Of a DNA stretch of 64,000 bases, positions 1 through 9,161 are shown in pieces (position 1 is the first letter of the stretch; every line of letters begins with the position of its first letter). The stretch is from an uncultured delta proteobacterium (lineage in GTDB: Bacteria; Desulfobacterota; Binatia; UBA9968). Under the pieces are notes generated by a model. The model searched no databases. It saw nothing but the letters and a program-made list of their open reading frames with translations, and was not told where the DNA came from. The stretch lies in assembly GCA_963840855.1 (NCBI GenBank), contig CAWJBB010000031.1:13753-77752 (forward strand). The letters run 5' to 3'. The position numbers and the translations under genes were made by a program.

Positions 1-834
1 CGGCTTCGTTTCCGCAGTTTCCAGTGCTGCCGCGGGTCGCCGGTCGCGCATGAGTAACATGGCGAGCGGGTCTTGCTTGTTTTTCTCGATCTGCGCCAGT
101 TGTGTTCTGGCGGGAGCGGCAAAGGGATCGTTTGGATAGTGTTCAAGCAAGGCTTCATAAGCTAACGAGGCCTTTACGTTGTTTTTCTCGTTCCGGTAGC
201 TCTCGCCAAGAAAGAAAAGACTCTTGCTCGCCACCGGCGTGCCGCGGTACTTGCGCACGATTTCTTCAAAGCGATCCCGCGCCGCCGGATATTTTTCCTG
301 CTTGAAGTAAAACTCCGCGATGTTGAATTCATGTTGGGCGAGGATGCCGTTGCATTTGGCGAGTTTTTCTTTCGCTTCCGCGGCGTAAGGCGATTTCGGA
401 TAGTTGGCGAGCACCGCTTCGAAGTAACCCTTGGCGGTCTCGGTATTCTTCGGGTCCCGGTTGACGTCGGTGAACTGATTGAAGTGAGCCTGGCCGAGCC
501 GCAAGACGACGAATGGAATATGTTCGCTAGCGGGATGCACCGTCTGAAATTCCTTGAAGGCGTTGACCGCTTCGACATACTGCTCGTTGAGAAAATAGGC
601 GTCGGCGATCTTGAGTTCGGTTTCGGTGAGGAGGGGGCTAAAAGGGTGTTCGGTCTTCAGCTTGTTGAAGGCGTCCAGGGCTCGCACGTATCTTTTATCC
701 TGGAGATACCGCGTGCCTTCCTCGTAGAGCGCCTCAGCCGTGGGATCGACGGGTGTCGACTTAGACCACAAAGAGCAACCCGTTGCGAGAAGCGCGAGGA
801 GCAGCGCTCCAGCGGCGAACATCTCAATTCTCAT
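1..834 (-). CDS. bamD: Outer membrane protein assembly lipoprotein BamD (runs off window start)
   Basis: Translated by hand (absent from ORF track because no stop in window): MRIEMFAAGALLLALLATGC lipobox; TPR-like segments KLKTEHPFSP, LKIADAYF, EHIPFVVLRLGQAHF, HEFNIAEFYFK. Confidence 0.85.
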   Translation of the reverse strand, partial: MRIEMFAAGALLLALLATGCSLWSKSTPVDPTAEALYEEGTRYLQDKRYVRALDAFNKLKTEHPFSPLLTETELKIADAYFLNEQYVEAVNAFKEFQTVHPASEHIPFVVLRLGQAHFNQFTDVNRDPKNTETAKGYFEAVLANYPKSPYAAEAKEKLAKCNGILAQHEFNIAEFYFKQEKYPAARDRFEEIVRKYRGTPVASKSLFFLGESYRNEKNNVKASLAYEALLEHYPNDPFAAPARTQLAQIEKNKQDPLAMLLMRDRRPAAALETAETKP

Positions 835-930
835 AGAGTAAACCTCAATGGAGTTTTTTTCCAATGTTATACAGGTCGCGGAGAAGGAGTCAAGCTCAAA
901 TCGGGGGGTTGGCGAATTTTGCGTGCCGGA

Positions 931-1015
931 CGTTCCAGTGGTTCAAGCCGTTCCAATCGTTCCAGCCGTTGAAATAGTTCTAGGATCGTTTGGAACGAAT
1001 TGAACGATTTGAACC
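931..1015. repeat. Foldback array of 9-bp GTTC(C/A)Annn units followed by inverted TTGAAC units
   Basis: gttccagtg gttcaagcc gttccaatc gttccagcc ... tggaacgaa ttgaacgat ttgaac. Confidence 0.85.
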
Positions 1016-1072
1016 CCTATAGCTCCTAGCACGATCTTTGGGATTGCATGATTGCACCTCGCAGCCGGGTTT

Positions 1073-1570
1073 TTACGGCGGCAGCACGCGGAGAGTGAAC
1101 TCGGTTTGGTTAGAGCGGAAAACGAACGGCCAGACAGGAGGGAAAATTACATAGGCTGTGGTTTCTAATATGGAGTAAACGAGGTCCCCCGGCGGGCCTT
1201 TGTCGTCGTGGACGATGACTTTATAGTCTGCGGGCGGGAGGTCGGGAATTGTGAACTGAAGAACCTTGTCTTCGATCCACACGAGCTCTTCTCCCGGCAC
1301 ATGTTTTCTGTCCGCATCGGCGGCGATCAATTTGAGCTGCGGCCAGTCCATGATCTTGCCGGCGATCTCGACTCTAGGCCAGCCGACGAGATACTCCATT
1401 GAGAGACTCATAACGTTTCCCGGCCGCCCATCGATTATCACTCCGGGAGTTATATTGGTGATCCGCGGCGCGCAGGCCGGAGCAGTTAATACAATTATTG
1501 CAGGGAAAACCGCAGACAGCCAGTAAAGCAGTTTTGTTCCCACGTTTTCTTTTCCATTCGCGAAGATCAC
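1073..1570 (-). CDS. Hypothetical lipoprotein / Ig-like fold protein
   Basis: Hydrophobic N-terminus ending in TAPAC; beta-rich body (LQFTIPDLPPADYKVIVHD). Confidence 0.6.
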   Translation of the reverse strand: MIFANGKENVGTKLLYWLSAVFPAIIVLTAPACAPRITNITPGVIIDGRPGNVMSLSMEYLVGWPRVEIAGKIMDWPQLKLIAADADRKHVPGEELVWIEDKVLQFTIPDLPPADYKVIVHDDKGPPGDLVYSILETTAYVIFPPVWPFVFRSNQTEFTLRVLPP

Positions 1571-2104
1571 CTCTGTATCTCATAAGCGGGCGAATATTCC
1601 AATAAATTGCAAGGGCTTATCGATGCTCGCTGCCGTGGTGCTCGGCTTATTTATATTGACGGCTAAAAGACCATTAAATGATCATAAAACCCGTTTTTGT
1701 AAGATTTAGGTCTTAGAAAACTTGGGTTACATGGGCAAAATCGATAGATTTTCATACTATCGGCGTATTGTCGTTATTTAAGAGAAAATCAAAGGAAAAA
1801 TGCATTCGAGCGTTGGGCCAGGCCGAAAGAAAGGAAATGTTTGGCTGATCGGTCATGATACGTTTGTCTGGAGTCCAAAAGGCTTCCTGACGGGTTCTGT
1901 CCATTCTTTTTCCCAGCCATTCCGCTTCGGCGATCAGCTTCGGCGTATCGGCTTCTCGCCCCGAGAACATGGCGAGCTGGGTCTCAATGGCCGAACGGAG
2001 GTCGCGGCCGGATCCCAAAACTGACCAAAGGAAAATAAGGGACCCCACGGGAACAAAATAAGTTTATGATATCGAAGTCGTCGCGCGGATTGCGACACGT
2101 CTCT

Positions 2105-2887
2105 TTAGCACAGTAACGTGATCCAAACTCGAAGCGCCACGATGGCGATAACGCCGGCATAGACATAGCGCAATGCCTGTGGCGAAACGCGGCTGTGGCA
2201 CTTCTCACCGGTGAAAGCGCCCAACCCGGCGCCAACGAGTACTGCGATGGTCATCCAAAAGGGAACCTGTCCGGTGATTAGTTTTCCGGTAAAGCCCGCA
2301 AACCCATTGAGAACATGGATCGCCAGGGCGCTGCCGATGGTAACGCGAGTGGGAATCTTGAGCACATAGATAAGCAGCGGCACGAAGAGAAAGTTTCCCG
2401 CCCCCATCAGTCCGACGGCCAAGCCGACGCAAAGCGAAATCGCGCTCAATGGAATCGTTGAGATGGAAACATTTTCGACGGCTGCTTGTTCTTTTTCGGC
2501 GGAGGGTGCGGGGAGAAACATAACCAGTCCTGCGATGACCGTCACAATCCCAAAGAGTAGAATCAAAAACCATTCAGATACCCATTTCGACGCTACGCCG
2601 CTGAAAAATGCTCCCCCTGAGGAGGTAACGGCGGCGACGAGCGTGAGCTTATTGTGAACTCTTCCTTGGCGCCAATGGGCTGCGCCCCCAACCACCCCGG
2701 CGAAAAATACTTGTGAAATGACTAGAGCCGCCACGGTCTTGGCATCGATGGCTTCTAGGCCCAGAGCGGGCGGCAAGTAAAGCAGCAAAGGGAAAAGCAG
2801 TAGACCGCCGCCAAGGCCGATAAAACCGGCGCCGAAACCCGCCACTCCGGCCAGAGCAAAAAGGGTGAGAAATAGTCCGCCGCTCAT
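2105..2887 (-). CDS. Sulfite exporter TauE/SafE family membrane protein
   Basis: AGFIGLGGG N-terminal motif, internally repeated membrane halves, 260 aa. Confidence 0.85.
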   Translation of the reverse strand: MSGGLFLTLFALAGVAGFGAGFIGLGGGLLLFPLLLYLPPALGLEAIDAKTVAALVISQVFFAGVVGGAAHWRQGRVHNKLTLVAAVTSSGGAFFSGVASKWVSEWFLILLFGIVTVIAGLVMFLPAPSAEKEQAAVENVSISTIPLSAISLCVGLAVGLMGAGNFLFVPLLIYVLKIPTRVTIGSALAIHVLNGFAGFTGKLITGQVPFWMTIAVLVGAGLGAFTGEKCHSRVSPQALRYVYAGVIAIVALRVWITLLC

Positions 2888-3783
2888 CCAGCGGCCCCGA
2901 AGCTATTTCTCATGACGATGTCGCCTACGGTCGTAAGAAAATAACCGATGCTGACGTAGGCGTTGAAATCGAAAAAAGCGCGGTTAATACGGGAGAGATC
3001 ATTGGGTTTCACGATCCGATGTTCCCAGAAAAGAATCGCCGATATGGCGGCGAAGCCGAGCCAATAAATAATGCCCATTTGCGCAGTAACTCCCACCAGC
3101 AGGAGCGCGCTGACCGTGCAAAAATGAAAAAAGCTCGAAAGCCGAAGCGCCCCCGCCACGCCGAAGCGGACGGGAATCGAATATAGCCCGTGCTTTCCGT
3201 CGAACTCACGGTCCTGCAGCGAATAGATAACGTCAAAGCCAGCCAGCCAGAAAACCACGGCCAATCCAAGCAATAAAGGCGTTGCCAGCTCATCGAGAAC
3301 AATGGGTGGCTCCGCCACGGCCAACCATGCCCCGATGGGGGCGATGGAGAGAGCGAGGCCCAAAAACAAATGCGACGCCCAGGTAAAGCGCTTCGTTAAG
3401 GAGTAAAAGAAGACGATTGCGAGCGCGATCGGGGAGAGGGCAAAGCAGATCGGGTTTAGTTGATAAGCCGCGTAAACGAAAACCAGCGAAGCCACAGCAG
3501 TCAGCATTACCGCTTCCCAGACCTTGACCTTGCCTTGGGGCAATTCCCACGCGCGCGTGCGCGGATTGAGCGCGTCGAATTTGCGGTCCGCTAGCCGGTT
3601 GAAACCCATGGCGGCGCTGCGCGCGCTCACCATCGCCACCACGACCCAGAGAAAAATTCTTGGGGTCACCGGATGGCTCGGCCAGGCGAGAGCCAGCGAC
3701 GCAAACGCAAACGGCAACGCGAAGACGGTGTGGCTAAACCGGATAAGGCTGGCGTAGTTGCGAATTTTCTCCAACAGTTTCAT
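2884..3783 (-). CDS. ubiA: UbiA-family prenyltransferase (MqnP-like, futalosine pathway)
   Basis: IRFSHTVFALPFA, NRLADRKFDALNPRT, FDVIYSLQD motifs; adjacent to ubiD; start placed at ATG 3783 because the upstream ORF extension is repeat DNA. Confidence 0.88.
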   Translation of the reverse strand: MKLLEKIRNYASLIRFSHTVFALPFAFASLALAWPSHPVTPRIFLWVVVAMVSARSAAMGFNRLADRKFDALNPRTRAWELPQGKVKVWEAVMLTAVASLVFVYAAYQLNPICFALSPIALAIVFFYSLTKRFTWASHLFLGLALSIAPIGAWLAVAEPPIVLDELATPLLLGLAVVFWLAGFDVIYSLQDREFDGKHGLYSIPVRFGVAGALRLSSFFHFCTVSALLLVGVTAQMGIIYWLGFAAISAILFWEHRIVKPNDLSRINRAFFDFNAYVSIGYFLTTVGDIVMRNSFGAAG

Positions 3784-3797
3784 GAAGTCTTTTAGAT

Positions 3798-3910
3798 CGT
3801 TCCAATTGTTCAAGCCGTTCAAGTCGTTGCGCCTCGCCCGTAAGCGTTTTGTTTGACGCGTTCAATCCGAGAGACGTTTTGAACGGGTTGGACGGCTTGA
3901 GCGATTGAAA
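3798..3910. repeat. Foldback GTTCAA 9-mer array between ubiD and ubiA
   Basis: gttccaatt gttcaagcc gttcaagtc ... ttgaacggg ttggacggc ttgagcg. Confidence 0.8.
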
Positions 3911-3917
3911 CATGCTT

Positions 3918-5360
3918 TCAGATCCCTAGCTTCTCCCATATCGAATCGATATATTTCCTGGTCTTTTCGTCCATGATGATGGCGTCGGGCCATTCCCGCT
4001 CGTACCCTTCGCCGCGCCATTTTCTCGTGGCGTCGATGCCCATTTTTGAGCCGAAGCCGAGGGTCGGCGCGGCGTGATCCAGAACGTCCACTGGCCCATC
4101 GACGAAAATGGTGTCCCGTTTCGGATCGATGTTATTCCCGACAACCCAGGTGACTTCAGATAGGTCGTGTATGTTGACGTCATGATCGACGATGATCAGC
4201 GTCTTGGTAAACATCATCTGTCCCAAGCCCCACAGGGCGTGCATCACCTTGCGCGCTTGGGCGGGGTATTCTTTCTTGATCGATATGATCGCCAGGTTAT
4301 GAAACACACCGTGAACCGGCAAATTCATATCGACGATCTCCGGAAGGGTCACCCGCACCAGCGGAAGAAACAATCTTTCTGTGGCCTTGCCGAGATAGGC
4401 ATCCTCCATGGGCGGGCGCCCGACGATCGTCGTCGGATAAATTGGATTCTTCCTGTGCGTGATGCAGGTGACGTGGAAGACTGGATAGTCATCGGCAAGG
4501 GAATAAAAGCCGGTATGATCGCCGAAGGGTCCCTCGCGGCGCAGCGGCTCGGCCGGATCGACGTAGCCTTCGATTACGATGTCCGAGTTGGCCGGCACCT
4601 CGACGTCAACGGTGACTCCCTTAACTAGCTCCACGCCCTTTTTGCGCAAGAAACCGCAGAAGAGAATCTCGTCGATCTGATCCGGCAGTGGCGCAGTGGC
4701 GGCGTAAATCATCGCCGGATCGCCGCCGAGGCTGACAGCCAGTTGCAACCGTCCCGTTTGCTCCTTCTGGCGCTGAAAGTGGCGCGCGCCCACCTTATGT
4801 AAGTGCCAGTGCATCCCCGTGCTGCGCTGATCGAAGATCTGCATGCGATAAAGGCCAACGTTGCGCGTCCCGGAGCGCGGATCCTTCGAGAACACCATTG
4901 GCAGTGTGATGAATTGCCCGGCGTCTCCGGGCCAGCAAGTCAGCACGGGCAAAATACCGAGATCAGGCTCGCGGTGAACAAACTCTTGGCAAGCTCCCTC
5001 CTTGACGAGCTTTGGCGGAATACCGGCTAAACGGATGAGTTCGCCGAGTAAGTTGAGTTTGTCTTTAAACGACTTCGGCGGTTTGGTTTGAATGAGTTTC
5101 TGAATATTCCGCGCGAGCTCTTCGATGTCCGCGACGCCAAGCGCCAGCGCCATACGCTGAGGCGAGCCGAAGGCGTTGATCAGGACTGGAATTTGTTTGC
5201 CCACGACGTTTTCAAAGAGCAGCGCCGGGCCGCCGCTTTTCATCACCCGGTCGGCGATCTCGGTGATCTCCAGTTCGGCTTTGACGGGATGAGTGATACG
5301 TTTGAGTTCGCCTTCGCGCTCTAAAACTTGCACGAAATCCGTGAGACTGTAATATGGCAT
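3918..5360 (-). CDS. ubiD: UbiD-family decarboxylase (menaquinone biosynthesis MqnL-like)
   Basis: NVGLYRMQ, EGPFGDHTGFY, GRPPMED, KMGIDAT motifs. Confidence 0.93.
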   Translation of the reverse strand: MPYYSLTDFVQVLEREGELKRITHPVKAELEITEIADRVMKSGGPALLFENVVGKQIPVLINAFGSPQRMALALGVADIEELARNIQKLIQTKPPKSFKDKLNLLGELIRLAGIPPKLVKEGACQEFVHREPDLGILPVLTCWPGDAGQFITLPMVFSKDPRSGTRNVGLYRMQIFDQRSTGMHWHLHKVGARHFQRQKEQTGRLQLAVSLGGDPAMIYAATAPLPDQIDEILFCGFLRKKGVELVKGVTVDVEVPANSDIVIEGYVDPAEPLRREGPFGDHTGFYSLADDYPVFHVTCITHRKNPIYPTTIVGRPPMEDAYLGKATERLFLPLVRVTLPEIVDMNLPVHGVFHNLAIISIKKEYPAQARKVMHALWGLGQMMFTKTLIIVDHDVNIHDLSEVTWVVGNNIDPKRDTIFVDGPVDVLDHAAPTLGFGSKMGIDATRKWRGEGYEREWPDAIIMDEKTRKYIDSIWEKLGI

Positions 5361-5835
5361 CTTCTTCCTAATCGGTCTTGAATGAAGAGCAATACTCCGA
5401 CAAAAACACCGAAGTCAAGCAAGCAGAGCGAGGAACCAGCCGGTGAAACGCGGCGTCGGGTACAGTTCGACTTCTTACGACGCATATTCCAGTGAAATCG
5501 ATACTCTCAGAATCATCGAACGTGCCATCAACCGCGGCGAAGGGTACGCCGCCAGGGAGCAGGAATGGTTAAGGCGTCAGGGACAAGTGCGACTTCTTAC
5601 CGCGGATAATTCCCCCGGCATCGATGGCTTTGACAACATGAAATTATTTTCGATCGAGGGGTTATATGAAGTTTGCCATCGCGTCGCTGAATACAGGAAG
5701 GATTATCGCTATGGATCATGCGCACGCCAGGTCGTAGTGCAGGTATGGAGATACGCTGATGGTGTGGTCAAATCGCAGATATGATTTGTGAGGCATGGTG
5801 TCGGCGGGCTGTCTTCTTTTCACTTTTCTCGCGGA

Positions 5836-6957
5836 TTAAGCGTCGCGCTTGCGCGGCGTGGCGGAGCCGATGGCGTCGTCGCCGTATTTCTTGCGCATCT
5901 GGTCGATGCCGGCATAGAGCTTCTCCAATGACTTCCGCTTCTGGCCGTCAAAGAGCGGCTCTTGCCAACCCGAGCTTTGCAGCGCGCTAGAGCTCACTCC
6001 CAAGAGCCGCACGGCGCGGTTGCGCGCGAGGTTTTGGCGCAACAGATCTTGCACGATGTCAAAGATCTCGCGGTCGAAACAGGTGGGCGATGAAAGCGTG
6101 CGGGACCGGGTGATGGTTTCAAAGTTCGAATAGCGAATCTTGAGCGTGACGCAGCGGGCGTAGAGCTTTTCGCTGCGCAACCTGCCACCGACTTCTTCCA
6201 CCAACTCCCATAGAACCTGTTCCATTCGCTCTCTATCCGTCAACGAATTTTCCAAAGTGGTCTCGTTACCCACGGAGTGATCGTGGCGCCGTGCCCGTCT
6301 TGAATCTTCCGACAGATCAAAAAAACGCGCCGCCAGATCGGGTCGATTCATCAAATCACCAATGGTCTTAATCTTGCGCCGCAACAAGTCCGTGTGGGTC
6401 TTGGGGCCGACCCCGGGAATCAATTTGACATCCAGCGGCGCGAGAAACTCCACCTCACCCCCTTGCGCCACAAAAATCAGTCCCTGGGGCTTGGCTAGCG
6501 TCGCGGCGATCTTGGCGACGACGCGGCTGGTGGACACGCCGCCGGACGACGGCAGGCCCAGTTGAGTCCTGATTTCTTTAATAATTCGGTCGGCGGTCTT
6601 GAGCGGCGGGCCGAAAAGCTGCTCCGTGCCGGTTAGATCTACAATGCCTTCGTCGATGGAGACGGCATGAACTTCCGGCGAATACCGGTCGAGAATGGCA
6701 AAAACTTTCTGAGAAAATTGACAATAGATGCGCCGGCGATTGGGCAGAAAGATTCCTTGCGGGCAGAGTTTTCTCGCCTGAAACCCCGGCATCGCCGAAT
6801 GGACGCCGTACTTTCTTGCTTCGTAGGACGCCGAGGTAACGACACCTCGGCCGTTGCGGCCGCCGACGATGACCGGCTTACCGATTAAACCCGGGTCGAG
6901 CACTTGTTCCACGGACGCGTAGAAAGCATCCATGTCGATATGGAGATACCAGCCCAT
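5836..6957 (-). CDS. dinB: DNA polymerase IV
   Basis: HIDMDAFYASVE, SYEARKYGVHSAMP, SIDE, KPQG Y-family motifs. Confidence 0.95.
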   Translation of the reverse strand: MGWYLHIDMDAFYASVEQVLDPGLIGKPVIVGGRNGRGVVTSASYEARKYGVHSAMPGFQARKLCPQGIFLPNRRRIYCQFSQKVFAILDRYSPEVHAVSIDEGIVDLTGTEQLFGPPLKTADRIIKEIRTQLGLPSSGGVSTSRVVAKIAATLAKPQGLIFVAQGGEVEFLAPLDVKLIPGVGPKTHTDLLRRKIKTIGDLMNRPDLAARFFDLSEDSRRARRHDHSVGNETTLENSLTDRERMEQVLWELVEEVGGRLRSEKLYARCVTLKIRYSNFETITRSRTLSSPTCFDREIFDIVQDLLRQNLARNRAVRLLGVSSSALQSSGWQEPLFDGQKRKSLEKLYAGIDQMRKKYGDDAIGSATPRKRDA

Positions 6958-7015
6958 TGGCGTGTTCCTTGTTCGTGCTCGTGTTCGCGGATGTTCGGAA
7001 CTGATCCCTTTCGGT

Positions 7016-7140
7016 TTAGCGCGCGTACAGCGAGTTGATAAAGCCGGAAGCGTCGAGTTTTTGAATGAACGAGTTGTCGTAGAAGTCTTCGGGCTTCACC
7101 TGCTGACCTTTCGGATTTTTGACGACATCCAGCACGACCG
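7016..7140 (-). pseudogene. C-terminal remnant of an ABC substrate-binding protein
   Basis: Hand translation VLDVVKNPKGQQVKPEDFYDNSFIQKLDASGFINSLYAR*, resembling NitT/TauT SBP C-termini; N-terminal body missing. Confidence 0.55.
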
Positions 7141-7191
7141 GGAGAGTAGGCGAACGCGCCAAACCATGTCAAGGGAACAATCGGACGTGGT

Positions 7192-7234
7192 GGTCCAACT
7201 CGTTCAAGCCGTTCAAGCGTTCCTCGAGCGGAAC
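7192..7234. repeat. Short GTTCAA array
   Basis: ggtccaactc gttcaagcc gttcaagc gttcc ... ggaac. Confidence 0.65.
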
Positions 7235-7237
7235 TCT

Positions 7238-8654
7238 CTAGTCTTTGCGCCGTGTGTTTCTGACCGCGGAAAAAAACACGGCGAGCACCGAAAACAAGCT
7301 AATTAAAAAAACGGTGTGGTCGAAGGCGATGACGACGGTTTCGGCGACAGCGCTCCAGCTCTGCGGCGATTCGATTTGTTTTTGGCTCAAACCCGCGGCG
7401 GACAAAACAGCGCTGAAAAGAGTCGCCGATAGGGCCACGCCCATGGCGCCGCCGGTTCGCGCCGCCGTGGCTACCATGCCCGAAGCGGAGCCGACCCGCT
7501 CCATCGGCACGGCACCGAGAATCGCGCTTTGGTTCGGCGAATTGAATAGCGCCCAACCGAGCCCTTGAAGGGCGAGTGGCAAGATGATCCGCAAAACGGG
7601 GGAATCGAGCCCAACCGTCGAGATGAACAATTGGGCTATGGCGATTAACGCGCAGCCGATGGTACAAAGCAGGCGCGAACCGAAGCGGTCCGAAAGCCAG
7701 CCGGCTATGGGCGCCAGAGCCATAATGATCACCGAATCGGCGACGATGATCCAACCGACTTGAGACGGCGAGAAGCCTCTCAAGTTTTGCAAATAAAAAG
7801 GCATTAGAAAATTGAGCGCCACCTGTGAAAAGGCGACGAGAAAGAGGCTCAAAAAGCCGGCGCTGAAAAGCCGGTTGCGAAAGAGCGACAAAATGAGAAT
7901 CGGGGTTCGTGCTCTACGTTCGACCGAAATAAGCACGGCGAATGCAACGGCAGCCAGCGCCAAGCTGGTAAGAATAGTCGGATGGCGCCAGCCCAGGTGC
8001 GGTATTTGATCGACGGCATAAATGAAAAGTCCGTTGGTCAACAGCAGAAGGAACGCCCCGGTGAAATCAATGGACCGGACGCGCTCTTCGTTTTTGGTCT
8101 CGGCGAGCAATCTCCAGGCGAGCCAGGCAGCCCAGATCCCTATCGGGATGTTAAGCGAAAATATCCAGCGCCAGCCGATGGTGTCGATCATGAAACCGCC
8201 GAGCGTCGGTCCGGTGAGAAAACCGACATGAAAGGCGGTTGAGGTAAGCCCCAGTGCTTTGCCGCGCTCGGCGCGCGGCACCGTAATAGAAGCGATGGCC
8301 CGCCCGTTTGCCGATATCATCGAACCGCCAATCGCCTGCAACACTCGGAAACAAATCAGTTGAGCGGGCGATTGGGAAACAATGCAAAGAGCGGAGCCGG
8401 CTACGAACAAGACGAATCCCGCCGTGTAAATGCGGCGGCGGCCAAACAAATCGCCCAACCGCCCCATGGTGATGACAAGGCCGATGAGAATGAGGTCGTA
8501 ACTCAGGATCGTCCAGCGAATCGTCGTGAAGCCGGTGTGAAAATACTCGGTCAAGTGTGGGTAGCGCGACCAAAAGCGCTCTTTGATCGAGACCGACAAT
8601 GGCCTGGCCGATGCAGACATTGAGCAGGATCAAGTTGGTTTTGCGGCGGTCCAC
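7238..8654 (-). CDS. DHA2-type MFS transporter, split by a single-base frameshift near 8554
   Basis: N-terminus (VDRRKTNLILLNVCIGQAIVGLDQRALLVALPTL) is in one frame, remainder (TEYFH...GRLGDLFGRRR...GWRWIFSLNIP) in another. Confidence 0.85.
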
Positions 8655-8662
8655 AACGGTAA

Positions 8663-8766
8663 GGTTCAAAGTTCCAAGGTTCAACGTTCAAAGTTTTCAC
8701 AAGAGTACGAAAATTTAAGCTTGAACCCGTTAGCCAAGCTCAGGGCGGGCTTTTGAACGTTGAACT
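8663..8766. repeat. Foldback array of 7-bp GTTCAAn units with an embedded degenerate REP
   Basis: gttcaaa gttccaag gttcaac gttcaaa ... ttgaac ... ttgaacg ttgaac; middle contains cccgttagccaagctcagggcgggc. Confidence 0.75.
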
Positions 8767-8999
8767 CGGCCAGGCGTTATCCTAGCGTCTCAATCGCTGC
8801 TCTTCAACGGAAAGAACGTGAAGCTATAAATTCATTTGCGTCTGAACGGGTCGCCGTGTTGGTCGGTGCGATTCGGTTCAGGCATTGTGACAAAGAAAGA
8901 GGGCGGGTGCCGGTTTCGGCCGCTCCCTGGCAACTCAAGACCGGAGAAAACGGTCTAATAAACGAGGCCACTTCGCGGGCGGGGTTTACATAGAATAAA

Positions 9000-9161
9000 T
9001 CAACCAGGTGGGGATTTTTTAAATTGCTGATGAAGTTTTTCCTTGGCCCGCTTGCGGCTCTCGTCCTTCTTGCTCTTGAAGATCTTGGCGGGCGGTGGCA
9101 GCTCCTTTCGCACCTTCGCCAGTCCCGGCGGGATTCGCTTGCTTTTGGATAGGGCGGTCAA
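9000..9161 (-). CDS. Small basic protein (53 aa) coupled to clpB
   Basis: TTG start overlaps the clpB stop (TTGA); [53 protein letters not shown]. Confidence 0.55.
   Translation of the reverse strand: MTALSKSKRIPPGLAKVRKELPPPAKIFKSKKDESRKRAKEKLHQQFKKSPPG

Noticed and set aside
1752-2048. 98-aa minus-strand ORF
   Set aside because: No recognisable motif or SD; cannot be supported.
6961-7001. GTTC repeats upstream of dinB as a LexA box
   Set aside because: Spacings are N3, N8 and N6, not GTTC-N7-GTTC or GAAC-N4-GTTC; a 6-bp-period repeat explains them better.
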